Positions 38,161 through 47,976 of a stretch of 64,000 nucleotides of DNA are shown piece by piece (position 1 is the first letter of the stretch; every line of letters begins with the position of its first letter). This DNA comes from Lachnospiraceae bacterium (GTDB lineage: Bacteria > Bacillota > Clostridia > Lachnospirales > Lachnospiraceae): NCBI GenBank assembly GCA_017463225.1, contig JAFTPO010000012.1:607-64606 (forward strand). The letters run 5' to 3'. The notes beneath the pieces are model-generated. The model searched no databases. It was not told the origin of the DNA and saw nothing but the letters and a program-made list of their open reading frames with translations. Made by a program: the position numbers and the translations under genes.

Positions 38161-39396
38161 ATGTATAGTTTTGATGAAGTATTATCTTTAGACCCTGAAG
38201 TAGCAGAGGCTATGAATGCTGAGATAGCTAGACAGAACGATAATATCGAGCTTATCGCTTCTGAGAATATTGTATCAAAGGCTGTTATGGCAGCTATGGG
38301 AAGCCCACTTACTAACAAGTATGCTGAAGGATATCCAGGAAAGAGATATTATGGCGGATGTGAGCATGTGGATGTAGTAGAGGATCTTGCCAGAGAGAGA
38401 GCTAAGGAGCTTTTCGGATGTGAGTATGTAAATGTACAGCCACACTCAGGTGCTCAGGCTAATATGGCAGTATTCTTCGCTATTATGGAGCCAGGCGACA
38501 CATTTATGGGTATGAACTTAGCTCATGGTGGTCACCTTACTCATGGTTCACCTGTAAATATGTCAGGTAAGTATTTCAACATCGTGCCTTATGGTGTAAA
38601 TGATGATGGATTTATAGATTATGATGAGGTTGAGAGAATTGCAAAAGAGTGTAAGCCAAAGCTTATCGTAGCAGGTGCTTCAGCTTATGCAAGAGCTATT
38701 GATTTCAAGAGATTTAGAGAGATTGCAGATTCTGTTGGTGCTGTTCTTATGGTAGATATGGCTCATATCGCAGGTCTTGTTGCTGCAGGACAGCACGAGA
38801 GCCCAATTCCATATGCTCACGTTACAACAACAACTACTCATAAGACATTAAGAGGACCACGTGGTGGTATGATTCTTTCAAGCAATGAGGTTAACGAGAA
38901 GTACAACTTCAATAAGGCAGTGTTCCCAGGAATTCAGGGTGGCCCACTTATGCATGTTATAGCTGCAAAGGCTGTTTGCTTTAAGGAGGCTCTTTCAGAT
39001 GAGTATAAGGCATATCAGGCACAGGTTGTTAAGAATGCAGCGGCTCTTTCAAAGGCACTTATTGAGAGAGGATTCAATATAGTTTCAGGCGGTACTGACA
39101 ATCACCTTATGCTTGTAGATTTACAGAACCTTGACTTAACCGGTAAGGAGGTTGAGAAGCTTCTTGACTCAGTACATATTACATGTAATAAGAACACAGT
39201 TCCAAATGATCCTAAGTCACCATTCGTAACCAGCGGTATCAGACTTGGTACACCTGCTATTACAACAAGAGGTGCTAAGGAAGAGGATATGATTACAATC
39301 GCAGACGCTATTAAGGCTGCTGTTATAGATAAGGATAATGATAAGGCTATGGCTTTAGTTAAGAGCATAACTGATAAGTATCCTTTATATGCATAA
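38161..39396 (+). CDS. glyA: serine hydroxymethyltransferase
   Basis: [35 protein letters not shown] (PLP lysine). Confidence 0.96.
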   Translation: MYSFDEVLSLDPEVAEAMNAEIARQNDNIELIASENIVSKAVMAAMGSPLTNKYAEGYPGKRYYGGCEHVDVVEDLARERAKELFGCEYVNVQPHSGAQANMAVFFAIMEPGDTFMGMNLAHGGHLTHGSPVNMSGKYFNIVPYGVNDDGFIDYDEVERIAKECKPKLIVAGASAYARAIDFKRFREIADSVGAVLMVDMAHIAGLVAAGQHESPIPYAHVTTTTTHKTLRGPRGGMILSSNEVNEKYNFNKAVFPGIQGGPLMHVIAAKAVCFKEALSDEYKAYQAQVVKNAAALSKALIERGFNIVSGGTDNHLMLVDLQNLDLTGKEVEKLLDSVHITCNKNTVPNDPKSPFVTSGIRLGTPAITTRGAKEEDMITIADAIKAAVIDKDNDKAMALVKSITDKYPLYA

Positions 39397-39410
39397 TTAG
39401 ATTTTTATCA

Positions 39411-39447
39411 AAAAGGCTGCCTGTTAAACATGCAGCCTTTTAGTTTT
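39411..39447 (+). terminator. intrinsic terminator
   Basis: AAAAGGCTGC pairs with GCAGCCTTTT, followed by AGTTTT. Confidence 0.65.
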
Positions 39448-39543
39448 ATAATTGTTTGCTGTTTAAACCGCAGGTTTAAGGAAATTAGTGATTTGTTTGG
39501 TTATAATAGATTGTAGCAAATAATTATTATAGTAGGAGATAAT

Positions 39544-41523
39544 ATGAAGGTCAGAAATTCAAACAATAAGAATACAGAAAAAAACATTTACAATTATAAT
39601 AAAGAGAATTCTGATAATGGAAGTAATAATGGCGCTCAAGGAACCGATAATAGGGGTGACAATGGCGAAAAGCCTAACGGCAATAAAAAGAAAACCAACT
39701 GGATTATGCTCTTTTTAGCACTTGCTTTAACACTTGTTTTTTGGCAGTCCTTTAATTCCTTTATGAAGGCAGGAGAGGAAGAGATACCATATAGTCAGTT
39801 CTTAGAGATGCTTGATGATGGCAATGTAAGGGAAGTAGAGATATATGGTAATGAGATAGTGTTTAAACCGGTTAAGGAGACTAATTCCGCGCAGATAACC
39901 ACCTACAGAGTAGTCAGAGCAGATGATTTTAGTATTGTGGACAGGCTCCATGAGGCGGGAGTGGAATTTGAGCAGATAGATGAGGGAGGAGCGGCTTTCC
40001 TTTATGAGATTCTTTCCTTTGTAATAATGATAGGCGGATTCTATCTGTTAATGATGCTTATTATGCGAAATGCCACTAAGAGTGGTTTGCTGGGTAAGAG
40101 TCATGCTAAGATGTATGACGTGGAGGAAACCACAGGTGTAACCTTTGAGGATGTGGCTGGTCAGGAGGAGGCTAAGGAATCCTTAACAGAGCTGGTAGAC
40201 TTTCTTCACAAGCCTGAGAAGTATGTGGAGATAGGCGCCAAGCTTCCAAGAGGAGCTCTTCTTGTAGGACCTCCGGGAACAGGTAAGACCTTGCTGGCTA
40301 AAGCTGTGGCAGGAGAGGCCAAGGTTCCCTTTTTCTCATTGTCAGGCTCTGAGTTTGTAGAGCTATATGTTGGTATGGGAGCTAAGAGAGTCAGAGATTT
40401 GTTCAAGAAGGCAAATGATATGTCTCCTTGTATTATATTTATCGATGAGATAGATGCTATAGGAAGAAGCAGAGATACCAGACATTCAGGTGGAGATTCT
40501 GAGAGAGAGCAGACCTTGAATCAGATGTTAGCGGAGATGGATGGTTTTGACAGTACTAAGGGTATAGTTGTTCTTGCAGCCACAAACAGACCTGAGGTTT
40601 TGGACAAGGCGCTTTTGAGACCGGGAAGATTTGACAGAAGAATAGTTGTGTCTAAGCCTGATGTGAAGGGTAGAATAGACACTCTTAAGGTACACGCCAA
40701 GAATGTTAAGATGGATGAATCTGTTGATTTCAAGGAGCTTGCATTAGCTACTGCAGGTGCAGTTGGAGCAGATCTTGCCAACATTATTAATGAGGGTGCT
40801 CTTATGGCGGTTAGAAAGGGAAGAGAGTTCGTTTCCCAGAAGGATTTGCTTGAGTCTGTTGAGGTGGTATTTGCAGGTAAGGAGAAGAAGGAGAAGCTAC
40901 TCACTCCAAAGGAGAAAAAGATTGTGGCATACCATGAGGTTGGTCACGCCTTGGTGGCAGCTTTACAGAAAAACACTCTTCCTATACAGAGAATCACAAT
41001 AGTACCAAGAACCTCAGGAGCTCTTGGGTATGTGTGGCAGGTTCCAGAGGAGGAAAAACAGCTGGAAAGTAAGGTTGAGCTTTTAGAAGAGATAGTAATA
41101 TGTCTTGCAGGTCGAGCTGCAGAGGAGCTTAAATTTGATTCCGTTACTACCGGTGCCTCAAATGATATCGAAAAGGCTACAAGTATAGCCAGAACTATGG
41201 TTACTATGTACGGTATGTCAGACAAATTCGGTATGGTTCAGTTAGAGGGAGTTACAGGAGAGTACTTGGATAGAAGAAGAGTTCTAAACTGCTCATCAGA
41301 GACAGAGACCTTAGTTGATGCTGAGGTTAAGAATATGATAAAGGAATCATACGAGAAGGCTCTTTCCCTGCTTAAGGATAATGTGTCAACATTGGATGCC
41401 ATAGCAGAGGTTCTTATAGAGAAGGAGAACTTGTCAGGACAGGAGTTTATGGAGCTTTTTGAAAAGCATCAGGACAGAAAGCTTAAGGGAGCAGAGAATG
41501 TTATAAATTTAGATGAGGAATAA
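39544..41523 (+). CDS. ftsH: ATP-dependent zinc metalloprotease FtsH
   Basis: Walker A GPPGTGKT, Walker B IIFIDEIDA, SRH TNRPEVLDKALLRPGRFDR, HEVGHA zinc site. Asn/Gly/Lys-rich ~50-aa N-terminal tail. Confidence 0.96.
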   Translation: MKVRNSNNKNTEKNIYNYNKENSDNGSNNGAQGTDNRGDNGEKPNGNKKKTNWIMLFLALALTLVFWQSFNSFMKAGEEEIPYSQFLEMLDDGNVREVEIYGNEIVFKPVKETNSAQITTYRVVRADDFSIVDRLHEAGVEFEQIDEGGAAFLYEILSFVIMIGGFYLLMMLIMRNATKSGLLGKSHAKMYDVEETTGVTFEDVAGQEEAKESLTELVDFLHKPEKYVEIGAKLPRGALLVGPPGTGKTLLAKAVAGEAKVPFFSLSGSEFVELYVGMGAKRVRDLFKKANDMSPCIIFIDEIDAIGRSRDTRHSGGDSEREQTLNQMLAEMDGFDSTKGIVVLAATNRPEVLDKALLRPGRFDRRIVVSKPDVKGRIDTLKVHAKNVKMDESVDFKELALATAGAVGADLANIINEGALMAVRKGREFVSQKDLLESVEVVFAGKEKKEKLLTPKEKKIVAYHEVGHALVAALQKNTLPIQRITIVPRTSGALGYVWQVPEEEKQLESKVELLEEIVICLAGRAAEELKFDSVTTGASNDIEKATSIARTMVTMYGMSDKFGMVQLEGVTGEYLDRRRVLNCSSETETLVDAEVKNMIKESYEKALSLLKDNVSTLDAIAEVLIEKENLSGQEFMELFEKHQDRKLKGAENVINLDEE

Positions 41524-41526
41524 TAT

Positions 41527-42114
41527 ATGGAATACAATTTTTTTGCAACTATTTCCAGAATGAAGTATATAGAGAGATGGGCGCTTATGCGCAACACAAG
41601 ACCTGAGAACCTGTCTGAACACAGTATGGATGTCAGTATGATAGCACATGCTCTGTGTGTGATAGGTAATGTTAGATATGGTAAGAGTCTCAATGAGGAA
41701 AAGGCGGCTCTTATGGGTCTGTATCATGATGCCACTGAGATTATAACCGGAGATATGCCAACTCCGATTAAGTACTATAACAGTAGTATAAAGGAGAGCT
41801 TCAAGGCTATAGAGGAGGATGCCAAGCATTCTCTCTTAAAGCAGCTTCCTGAGGATATGAAGGGTTACTATGAGAAGCTTTTCTTTAAATCACCTGAGCT
41901 TAGCTATGAGTGGAAGCTGGTAAAGGCAGCAGATAAGCTGTCAGCTCTCATAAAATGTATGGAAGAGGAGAAAACCGGCAATAAGGAGTTTGTAAAGGCT
42001 AAGGAAGCAACTGCCGAAAAGGTAGACAAGCTAAGCGAGGAATACCCTGAGGTGAAGGATTTTGTGAAGGAGTTCCTGGGAGCTTACAGCAAGACATTAG
42101 ATGAACTAAATTAA
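41527..42114 (+). CDS. HD-domain 5'-deoxynucleotidase (YfbR-like)
   Basis: RWALMRNTRPENLSEHS.., LYHDATEIITGDMPTP: YfbR-type HD motifs. Confidence 0.8.
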   Translation: MEYNFFATISRMKYIERWALMRNTRPENLSEHSMDVSMIAHALCVIGNVRYGKSLNEEKAALMGLYHDATEIITGDMPTPIKYYNSSIKESFKAIEEDAKHSLLKQLPEDMKGYYEKLFFKSPELSYEWKLVKAADKLSALIKCMEEEKTGNKEFVKAKEATAEKVDKLSEEYPEVKDFVKEFLGAYSKTLDELN

Positions 42115-42123
42115 ATGAAATAT

Positions 42124-42251
42124 AAAACAGGGCTGTGGGACGAAACATATCGGCCGACCTGCCTAGGGATAAAGCTCCGCTGACACTAACACGGTCAGCT
42201 TCGCTTCACCCTGGCGCGGTCGGGATGTAAATAACCTCACAGCCCTGTTTT
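42124..42251 (+). repeat. structured GC-rich core (42151-42224) nested in a terminator hairpin; copy B
   Basis: Outer stem AAAACAGGGCTGTGGG pairs with CCTCACAGCCCTGTTTT. The core aligns with copies A and C. Lies between convergent genes. Confidence 0.8.
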
Positions 42252-42264
42252 ATATTTCGTTTAA

Positions 42265-42990
42265 TTATATCCAGCCTCCGTCAAATTTGATAACTTCTCC
42301 AGTAAGGTATTCAGGCATATTTAGAATGCCTTTGATGCATTTAGCAGCCTCTATAGGCGTGCACATTCTTCCATATGGGATTTCTTCCTCGAGCTGGGCT
42401 ATCTCATCATCAGAAAGATGTCCGTTCATTGTGGTGTTCACGGCACCGAAGGCAATGGCATTAACGGATATATTGCTAGGAGCAAGCTCCTTTGCTAAAG
42501 CTTTGGTAAAGGCGTTAATTGCGCCCTTTGTAGTTGAATAGGCAACCTCGCAGGATGCTCCAACCAATCCCCATACAGAGGAGATATTGATTACCTGTCC
42601 GGACTTCTTGTTTATCATGTGTGGGAGCGCTGCGTGGCAAAAATTATAAACTGAATTAATATTAACATTCATAATTTGCTGCCAGGAATCAGGAGTGGTA
42701 TCCGTAAATAGACCAACCTGAGAGATGGCGGCATTATTTATCAGAGTAGTAACCTCCCTGGCATCACTGATGACTTTATCTACCATTTCCTTAGCAAAGT
42801 TATAATCTGACACATCGCCAACCATAGCAAGACATTGCTTTCCCATAGCTTTGATTTTATCCATTAGCTCACCCAGCTTTTTCGTATCCTTGCTGCAGCA
42901 TATTGCAATATAATCGTAATCCTTGGCTAGTAAATATGCGGTCTCATAGCCTATACCTCTGGAGGCTCCTGTAATAATTATTGATTTCAT
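42265..42990 (-). CDS. short-chain dehydrogenase/reductase (FabG-like)
   Basis: ITGASRGIG, NNAA, SxxxxxxxxxxxxYxxxK (YSTTKGA). ATG 42990; the ORF-track start at 43080 lacks support. Confidence 0.88.
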   Translation of the reverse strand: MKSIIITGASRGIGYETAYLLAKDYDYIAICCSKDTKKLGELMDKIKAMGKQCLAMVGDVSDYNFAKEMVDKVISDAREVTTLINNAAISQVGLFTDTTPDSWQQIMNVNINSVYNFCHAALPHMINKKSGQVINISSVWGLVGASCEVAYSTTKGAINAFTKALAKELAPSNISVNAIAFGAVNTTMNGHLSDDEIAQLEEEIPYGRMCTPIEAAKCIKGILNMPEYLTGEVIKFDGGWI

Positions 42991-43175
42991 ATATAAACTC
43001 CTTACATTTTGATAAGAATAAATAATCAATACTGACTTTGTTCTGAATTTGATTATCCTATAAATGGTTGAAAAACACAACAGAATTTGTTATACTAACT
43101 CGAAGTAAAATATAAAAGTAATTAATAAAGAGTAGTATTTGTATATAAATATAGATTGTTTTTGGAGGAATAATT

Positions 43176-43742
43176 ATGAAGAAGCAGAGTATGGTAGGCT
43201 TATTCTTTTCGATGTTTTTAAGAGCTACAGTTATAATATTAGCTATAGTGATAGTAGTGTTTGGTGTGGTTTTTGCCAGCAAGGTGATGGCAAACAAGGG
43301 AGATAAGAAAGATTCTCCTGCTACAACTGCAAGCCCTAACGTGTTGACTGAGGCAGAGGGTCATGATGATTTGCTTTATGCAGACCCAACAGAGACTACA
43401 GAGTATATTGTGGCAGATGATACAACTGAGGCGGTTGTGGAGCCTGTATATTCATATGACGCTAACATTCTTGTGCTTAACAGTACAGATGAGATTGGTT
43501 TGGCGGGAAGATGGTGTGAGACCTTAAATGGCTTTGGCTATGCAAATACATCAGCATCAGACTATAGCACACCTCAGGAGTACACCAGAGTTATATCTAC
43601 TACACCAGGCCTTGGTGAGGATTTAGTGCAATATTTTAACAATGCAACCTACGAGGTGGGAACAGTAACAACTGGCTCATCAGAATCAACAGAGGGATAT
43701 GACATAGTTGTTATAATCGGTATCGGTGATGGTAGCTATTAA
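43176..43742 (+). CDS. membrane-anchored LytR_C-domain protein
   Basis: N-terminal TM segment, acidic linker, C-terminal ILVLNSTDEIGLAGRWCETLNGFGY.. is a LytR C-terminal-type domain. Confidence 0.65.
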   Translation: MKKQSMVGLFFSMFLRATVIILAIVIVVFGVVFASKVMANKGDKKDSPATTASPNVLTEAEGHDDLLYADPTETTEYIVADDTTEAVVEPVYSYDANILVLNSTDEIGLAGRWCETLNGFGYANTSASDYSTPQEYTRVISTTPGLGEDLVQYFNNATYEVGTVTTGSSESTEGYDIVVIIGIGDGSY

Positions 43743-43764
43743 TTAAGAATATAGAATAAAATGC

Positions 43765-43807
43765 AAAAGAACTCTTCATTATAGTAATGAGAAGTTCTTT
43801 TTGTTTT
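43765..43807 (+). terminator. intrinsic terminator
   Basis: AAAAGAACTCTTCATT pairs with AATGAGAAGTTCTTTT, followed by TGTTTT. Confidence 0.65.
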
Positions 43808-43838
43808 ATACAAATAAATTACATAAGGAGGTAAGAGC

Positions 43839-44708
43839 ATGGAGCAAAATAAAATGAACAAATCCAGGATAGGAAATACAGTTAAAGAATACTTATATAT
43901 AGCATTTGGAACCTTTGTGATGTCTGTGGCAGTGGTGCTTTGCTTTGACAATGTGGAGGTTGTTGTTGGGGGAGCCACAGGGCTTGCCATAATACTAAAA
44001 AAATTGTTTAATATACCAATGTGGGTAGTGAATGTAGCGTTTAATTTACCGTTATTTATCATAGGACTTAAGGTTTTGGACAAACAGTCCTTTGTGAGAA
44101 CGTTGGTTGCCAATATATTTCTAACGATTTTTTTAGGTGTTACACCACAGGCTAATATTTTAACAGGAGATTTATTGGTTGACATAATCTTGGGAAGCGT
44201 GCTGATGGGGATAGGTCTTGGCTTCGTGTTTAGAGCCTATGCATCTTCAGGAGGAACGGATCTTATGGCTACGCTGATTAACCACTGGATTCGGTATATG
44301 TCAATCCCAAAGATAATGGCAATAATCGATGGTGTGATAGTTGTAATAGGAGTAGGTGTGTTTGGTCTTACCAAGGGAATATATGCGCTGATTGCAATAT
44401 TTATAGTGACAAAGGTTTCTGATGGTATGGTGGAGGGACCTGGAAGAGCAAAGCTCTTATATATAATAACTAACGATTCAGATAAACTGAGTCAGTATAT
44501 AACAAATGTGGTGGGAAGAGGTGCTACAAAGATACAGGTGACAGGCGCATTCACAGACAATAAGAAAAATATGCTAATGTGTGTAGTGTCAAGTAGAGAA
44601 ATGGTTAAAATTAAACAAAAAACCTACCAAATGGACCCTTCAGCAATTTGTTTTATAGGGGATATCAGAGAGGCTTTTGGTGAAGGTTTCACAACCTACA
44701 AAGGCTAA
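43839..44708 (+). CDS. YitT-family membrane protein (DUF2179 C-terminal domain)
   Basis: Five to six TM helices with GGTDL, then a C-terminal soluble domain (..ATKIQVTGAFTDNKKNMLMCVV..). Confidence 0.85.
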   Translation: MEQNKMNKSRIGNTVKEYLYIAFGTFVMSVAVVLCFDNVEVVVGGATGLAIILKKLFNIPMWVVNVAFNLPLFIIGLKVLDKQSFVRTLVANIFLTIFLGVTPQANILTGDLLVDIILGSVLMGIGLGFVFRAYASSGGTDLMATLINHWIRYMSIPKIMAIIDGVIVVIGVGVFGLTKGIYALIAIFIVTKVSDGMVEGPGRAKLLYIITNDSDKLSQYITNVVGRGATKIQVTGAFTDNKKNMLMCVVSSREMVKIKQKTYQMDPSAICFIGDIREAFGEGFTTYKG

Positions 44709-44888
44709 GAAACCGTTTTCTTTGTATAAAATAGCTAAAAAAAAGCAAAAAAATAAATTCATATACAATTTCAACAATATTTTCAAAATTAATTTGTGGA
44801 ATAATAATATGGCTTTTAAACGGGATTTGAGGTAGAATAGCATCATGTTGGTGAGTAAAAAAAGCTAATCTAAGGAGGAAATTTTAAA

Positions 44889-46001
44889 ATGGCTAGTTTA
44901 TCACTTAAGAATATTTACAAGATTTACCCTAACGGATTTAACGCTGTTAAGGATTTCAACATGGAGATCGAGGATAAGGAGTTCATCATCTTCGTAGGTC
45001 CTTCAGGATGTGGTAAGTCAACTACACTTCGTATGATCGCAGGTCTTGAGGATATCAGCTCAGGAGAGTTATGGATCGGCGACAAGATGGTTAACGATGT
45101 AGAGCCAAAGGATAGAGATATCGCGATGGTATTCCAGAACTACGCTCTTTACCCACATATGTCAGTTTATGATAACATGGCATTCGGTCTTAAGCTTAGA
45201 AAGGTACCAAAGGAGAAGATTGACAAGCAGGTACATGAGGCTGCTAAGATTCTTGATATCGAGCATCTTCTTGACAGAAAGCCAAAGGCTTTATCAGGTG
45301 GTCAGAGACAGAGAGTTGCTATGGGACGTGCAATCGTTCGTGAGCCTAAGGTATTCCTTATGGATGAGCCACTTTCAAACCTTGACGCTAAGCTTAGAGT
45401 ACAGATGAGAGTTGAGATTTCAAAGCTTCATCAGAGACTTCAGACTACAATCATCTACGTTACACATGACCAGACAGAGGCGATGACTCTTGGTACTAGA
45501 ATCGTAGTTATGAAGGATGGTATCATCCAGCAGATCGATACTCCACAGAACCTTTACGATAAGCCATGTAACTTATTCGTTGCTGGATTCATGGGTATGC
45601 CACCTATGAACTTCATCGACTGTAAGGTTGTTAAGTCAGGTACTGACGTATTACTTATGTTTGGTTCACATTCAATCAAGGTTCCAGAGTCAAAGGCTGC
45701 TAAGCTTATCGCTGGTGACTTTATTGATAAGGAAGTTGTTCTTGGTATCCGTCCAGAGGATATTCATGATGAGCAGTTATTCATCGAGTCTTCACCTGAG
45801 AGTGTAATCGATGCTAGAATCAACATCTACGAGATGTTAGGTGCTGAGGTTTACTTATACTTCACTATCGATCAGTTCGATATCACTGCAAGAGTTAACG
45901 CTCGTACAACAGCTAGACCTGGTGATACTGTACAGTTCGCATTCGACTTAAGCAAGATTCATATCTTCGATAAGGAGACTGAGGAAGTAGTAGCAAACTA
46001 G
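44889..46001 (+). CDS. sugar ABC importer ATP-binding protein (MsmK/UgpC/MalK type), stand-alone
   Basis: GPSGCGKSTT, LSGGQRQRVA, FLMDEPLSNLD, plus a C-terminal TOBE/regulatory domain. No permease or binding-protein genes are adjacent. Confidence 0.9.
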   Translation: MASLSLKNIYKIYPNGFNAVKDFNMEIEDKEFIIFVGPSGCGKSTTLRMIAGLEDISSGELWIGDKMVNDVEPKDRDIAMVFQNYALYPHMSVYDNMAFGLKLRKVPKEKIDKQVHEAAKILDIEHLLDRKPKALSGGQRQRVAMGRAIVREPKVFLMDEPLSNLDAKLRVQMRVEISKLHQRLQTTIIYVTHDQTEAMTLGTRIVVMKDGIIQQIDTPQNLYDKPCNLFVAGFMGMPPMNFIDCKVVKSGTDVLLMFGSHSIKVPESKAAKLIAGDFIDKEVVLGIRPEDIHDEQLFIESSPESVIDARINIYEMLGAEVYLYFTIDQFDITARVNARTTARPGDTVQFAFDLSKIHIFDKETEEVVAN

Positions 46002-46028
46002 TCTAAAATTATAGAATTAGTGCTTTTT

Positions 46029-46060
46029 AGGGAATACACCAAGGTGTATTCCCTTTTTTT
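46029..46060 (+). terminator. intrinsic terminator (first of two tandem)
   Basis: GGGAATACACC pairs with GGTGTATTCCC, followed by T7. Confidence 0.75.
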
Positions 46061-46073
46061 CATACTTTAGTCA

Positions 46074-46104
46074 CAAAAAAAGAGGATTTCCTCTTTTTTT
46101 TTTC
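46074..46104 (+). terminator. second short hairpin with a long T-run
   Basis: AGAGG-ATTT-CCTCT followed by T9. Confidence 0.45.
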
Positions 46105-46181
46105 ACAATTTTAGGTTACAATGTACTTTGTATGAGTAGGTTTTTAGTCGCCTAGTACAAAAAATATAAGGGAGTGATAGT

Positions 46182-47270
46182 ATGATCTCAAATCAGATAC
46201 TGCAGGATACAATTGAGGGGATAAAGAACATAACAAGAACAGAGCTTTGCGTTATGGATACAGAGGGTAAGAGCTTGGCGTCTACCTTTAGAGATACAGA
46301 TGAGTACGAGGATGCTGTTGTTGCATTTGCGGAATCACCGGCGGAAAGCCAGGTTATGATGGGTTTCCAGTTTTTTAAGGTTTACGATGACAATGAATTG
46401 GAGTATGTTATACTTGCGAAGGGTGAGTCAGAGGATGTTTACACCATAGGTAAGGTTGCGTCATTCCAGATTCAGAGTCTTTTGGTTGCCTATAAGGAGA
46501 GATTTGATAAGGATAACTTTATTAAGAATCTTCTTTTGGATAATCTTTTATTGGTTGATATTTATAATAGAGCGAAGAAACTCCACGTTGAGACTGATGT
46601 AAAGAGAATAGTATTTATTATAGAAACCAAGAATGAGAAGGACAATAATGCCTTAGAGACAGTTAGAACATTGTTCTCAAGCAAGACTAAGGATTTTATA
46701 ACTGCAGTTGATGAGAAGAATATTATCCTTGTAAAGGAGGTTAAGCCAAGCGAGACCTATGATGATATGAATAAGACCGCCAAGGTTATAGTTGACATGC
46801 TTAACACTGAAGCTATGTCTGCTGTTAATGTTGCCTACGGTACTATTGTAAATGAAATCAAGGAGGTATCTCGTTCTTATAAGGAGGCTAAGCTTGCTCT
46901 TGATGTAGGAAAGATATTCTACAGTGACAGAAAGATTATTGCGTACAGCAATCTGGGTATAGGACGTCTTATTTACCAGCTTCCTATTCCACTTTGTAAG
47001 ATGTTTATCAAGGAGATATTCGATGGCAAGTCACCGGATGAATTCGATGAGGAGACACTTACAACTATTAATAAATTCTTTGAGAACAGCCTTAATGTGT
47101 CTGAGACATCAAGACAGCTTTATATACATAGAAATACGCTTGTATATCGTCTTGATAAGCTTCAGAAGAGTACAGGCTTAGACCTTAGAGTTTTTGAGGA
47201 TGCAATCACATTTAAGATAGCTCTTATGGTTGTAAAGTATATGAAGTATATGGAGTCTTTGGACTACTAA
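46182..47270 (+). CDS. PucR/CdaR-family transcriptional regulator
   Basis: C-terminal PucR HTH (NVSETSRQLYIHRNTLVYRLDKLQKSTGLDL). Confidence 0.75.
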   Translation: MISNQILQDTIEGIKNITRTELCVMDTEGKSLASTFRDTDEYEDAVVAFAESPAESQVMMGFQFFKVYDDNELEYVILAKGESEDVYTIGKVASFQIQSLLVAYKERFDKDNFIKNLLLDNLLLVDIYNRAKKLHVETDVKRIVFIIETKNEKDNNALETVRTLFSSKTKDFITAVDEKNIILVKEVKPSETYDDMNKTAKVIVDMLNTEAMSAVNVAYGTIVNEIKEVSRSYKEAKLALDVGKIFYSDRKIIAYSNLGIGRLIYQLPIPLCKMFIKEIFDGKSPDEFDEETLTTINKFFENSLNVSETSRQLYIHRNTLVYRLDKLQKSTGLDLRVFEDAITFKIALMVVKYMKYMESLDY

Positions 47271-47286
47271 AAACAGGAGAAATTTT

Positions 47287-47976
47287 ATGATACGATTAGA
47301 ACATATTAAGATGAAATATCCGGCAAGTAAGACATATGCTCTTAATGATGTTAATATACACATTGAAAAAGGTGAGTTTGTCTTTATAGTTGGTTCAAGT
47401 GGATCAGGTAAAACTACACTTATGAGACTTATTATGAAGGAGCTTGACCCTACATCAGGTAAGATAAAGCTTGACGGAACAGATTATTCTAAGATTAAGA
47501 AAAACCAGATACCAAAGCTGAGAAGAAGATTCGGAGTTGTATTCCAGAACTTCCGTCTTTTGAAGGATAGAACAGTATATGAGAACGTAGCATTTGCTCA
47601 GAGAGTAGTAGAGACACCTACAAGATTTATCAGAAGACAGGTTCCTGCTATGCTTACTTTGGTAGGACTTGCAGATAAGTATAAGTCATTTCCAAGACAG
47701 CTTTCAGGTGGTGAGCAGCAGAGAGTTGCCCTTGCCAGAGCCTTGGTTAATAAGCCTGAGATTCTGCTTTGTGATGAGCCTACAGGTAACCTTGACCCTA
47801 AAAACTCATGGGATATTATGAGACTTTTAGAGGATATCAACAGCAAGGGAACAACAGTTATTGTAGTTACTCATAATAAGGAAATCGTTAACATGATGCA
47901 GAAGCGAGTTATCACCTTGAAGAAGGGTGAAATAATCAGCGATGAGCAGAAGGGTGGATATATAGATGAGGATTAG
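47287..47976 (+). CDS. ftsE: cell-division ABC ATPase FtsE
   Basis: [34 protein letters not shown]. Followed by ftsX. Confidence 0.92.
   Translation: MIRLEHIKMKYPASKTYALNDVNIHIEKGEFVFIVGSSGSGKTTLMRLIMKELDPTSGKIKLDGTDYSKIKKNQIPKLRRRFGVVFQNFRLLKDRTVYENVAFAQRVVETPTRFIRRQVPAMLTLVGLADKYKSFPRQLSGGEQQRVALARALVNKPEILLCDEPTGNLDPKNSWDIMRLLEDINSKGTTVIVVTHNKEIVNMMQKRVITLKKGEIISDEQKGGYIDED

Noticed and set aside
40521-40904. Antisense ORFs inside ftsH (40521-40904, 40944-41225, 40206-40406).
   Set aside because: They are shadow ORFs opposite a highly conserved gene, with compositionally biased translations.
43739-44185. 148-aa minus-strand ORF overlapping the terminator and the start of the YitT gene.
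   Set aside because: It overlaps a well-supported plus-strand gene and an intrinsic terminator, and it has no motif.
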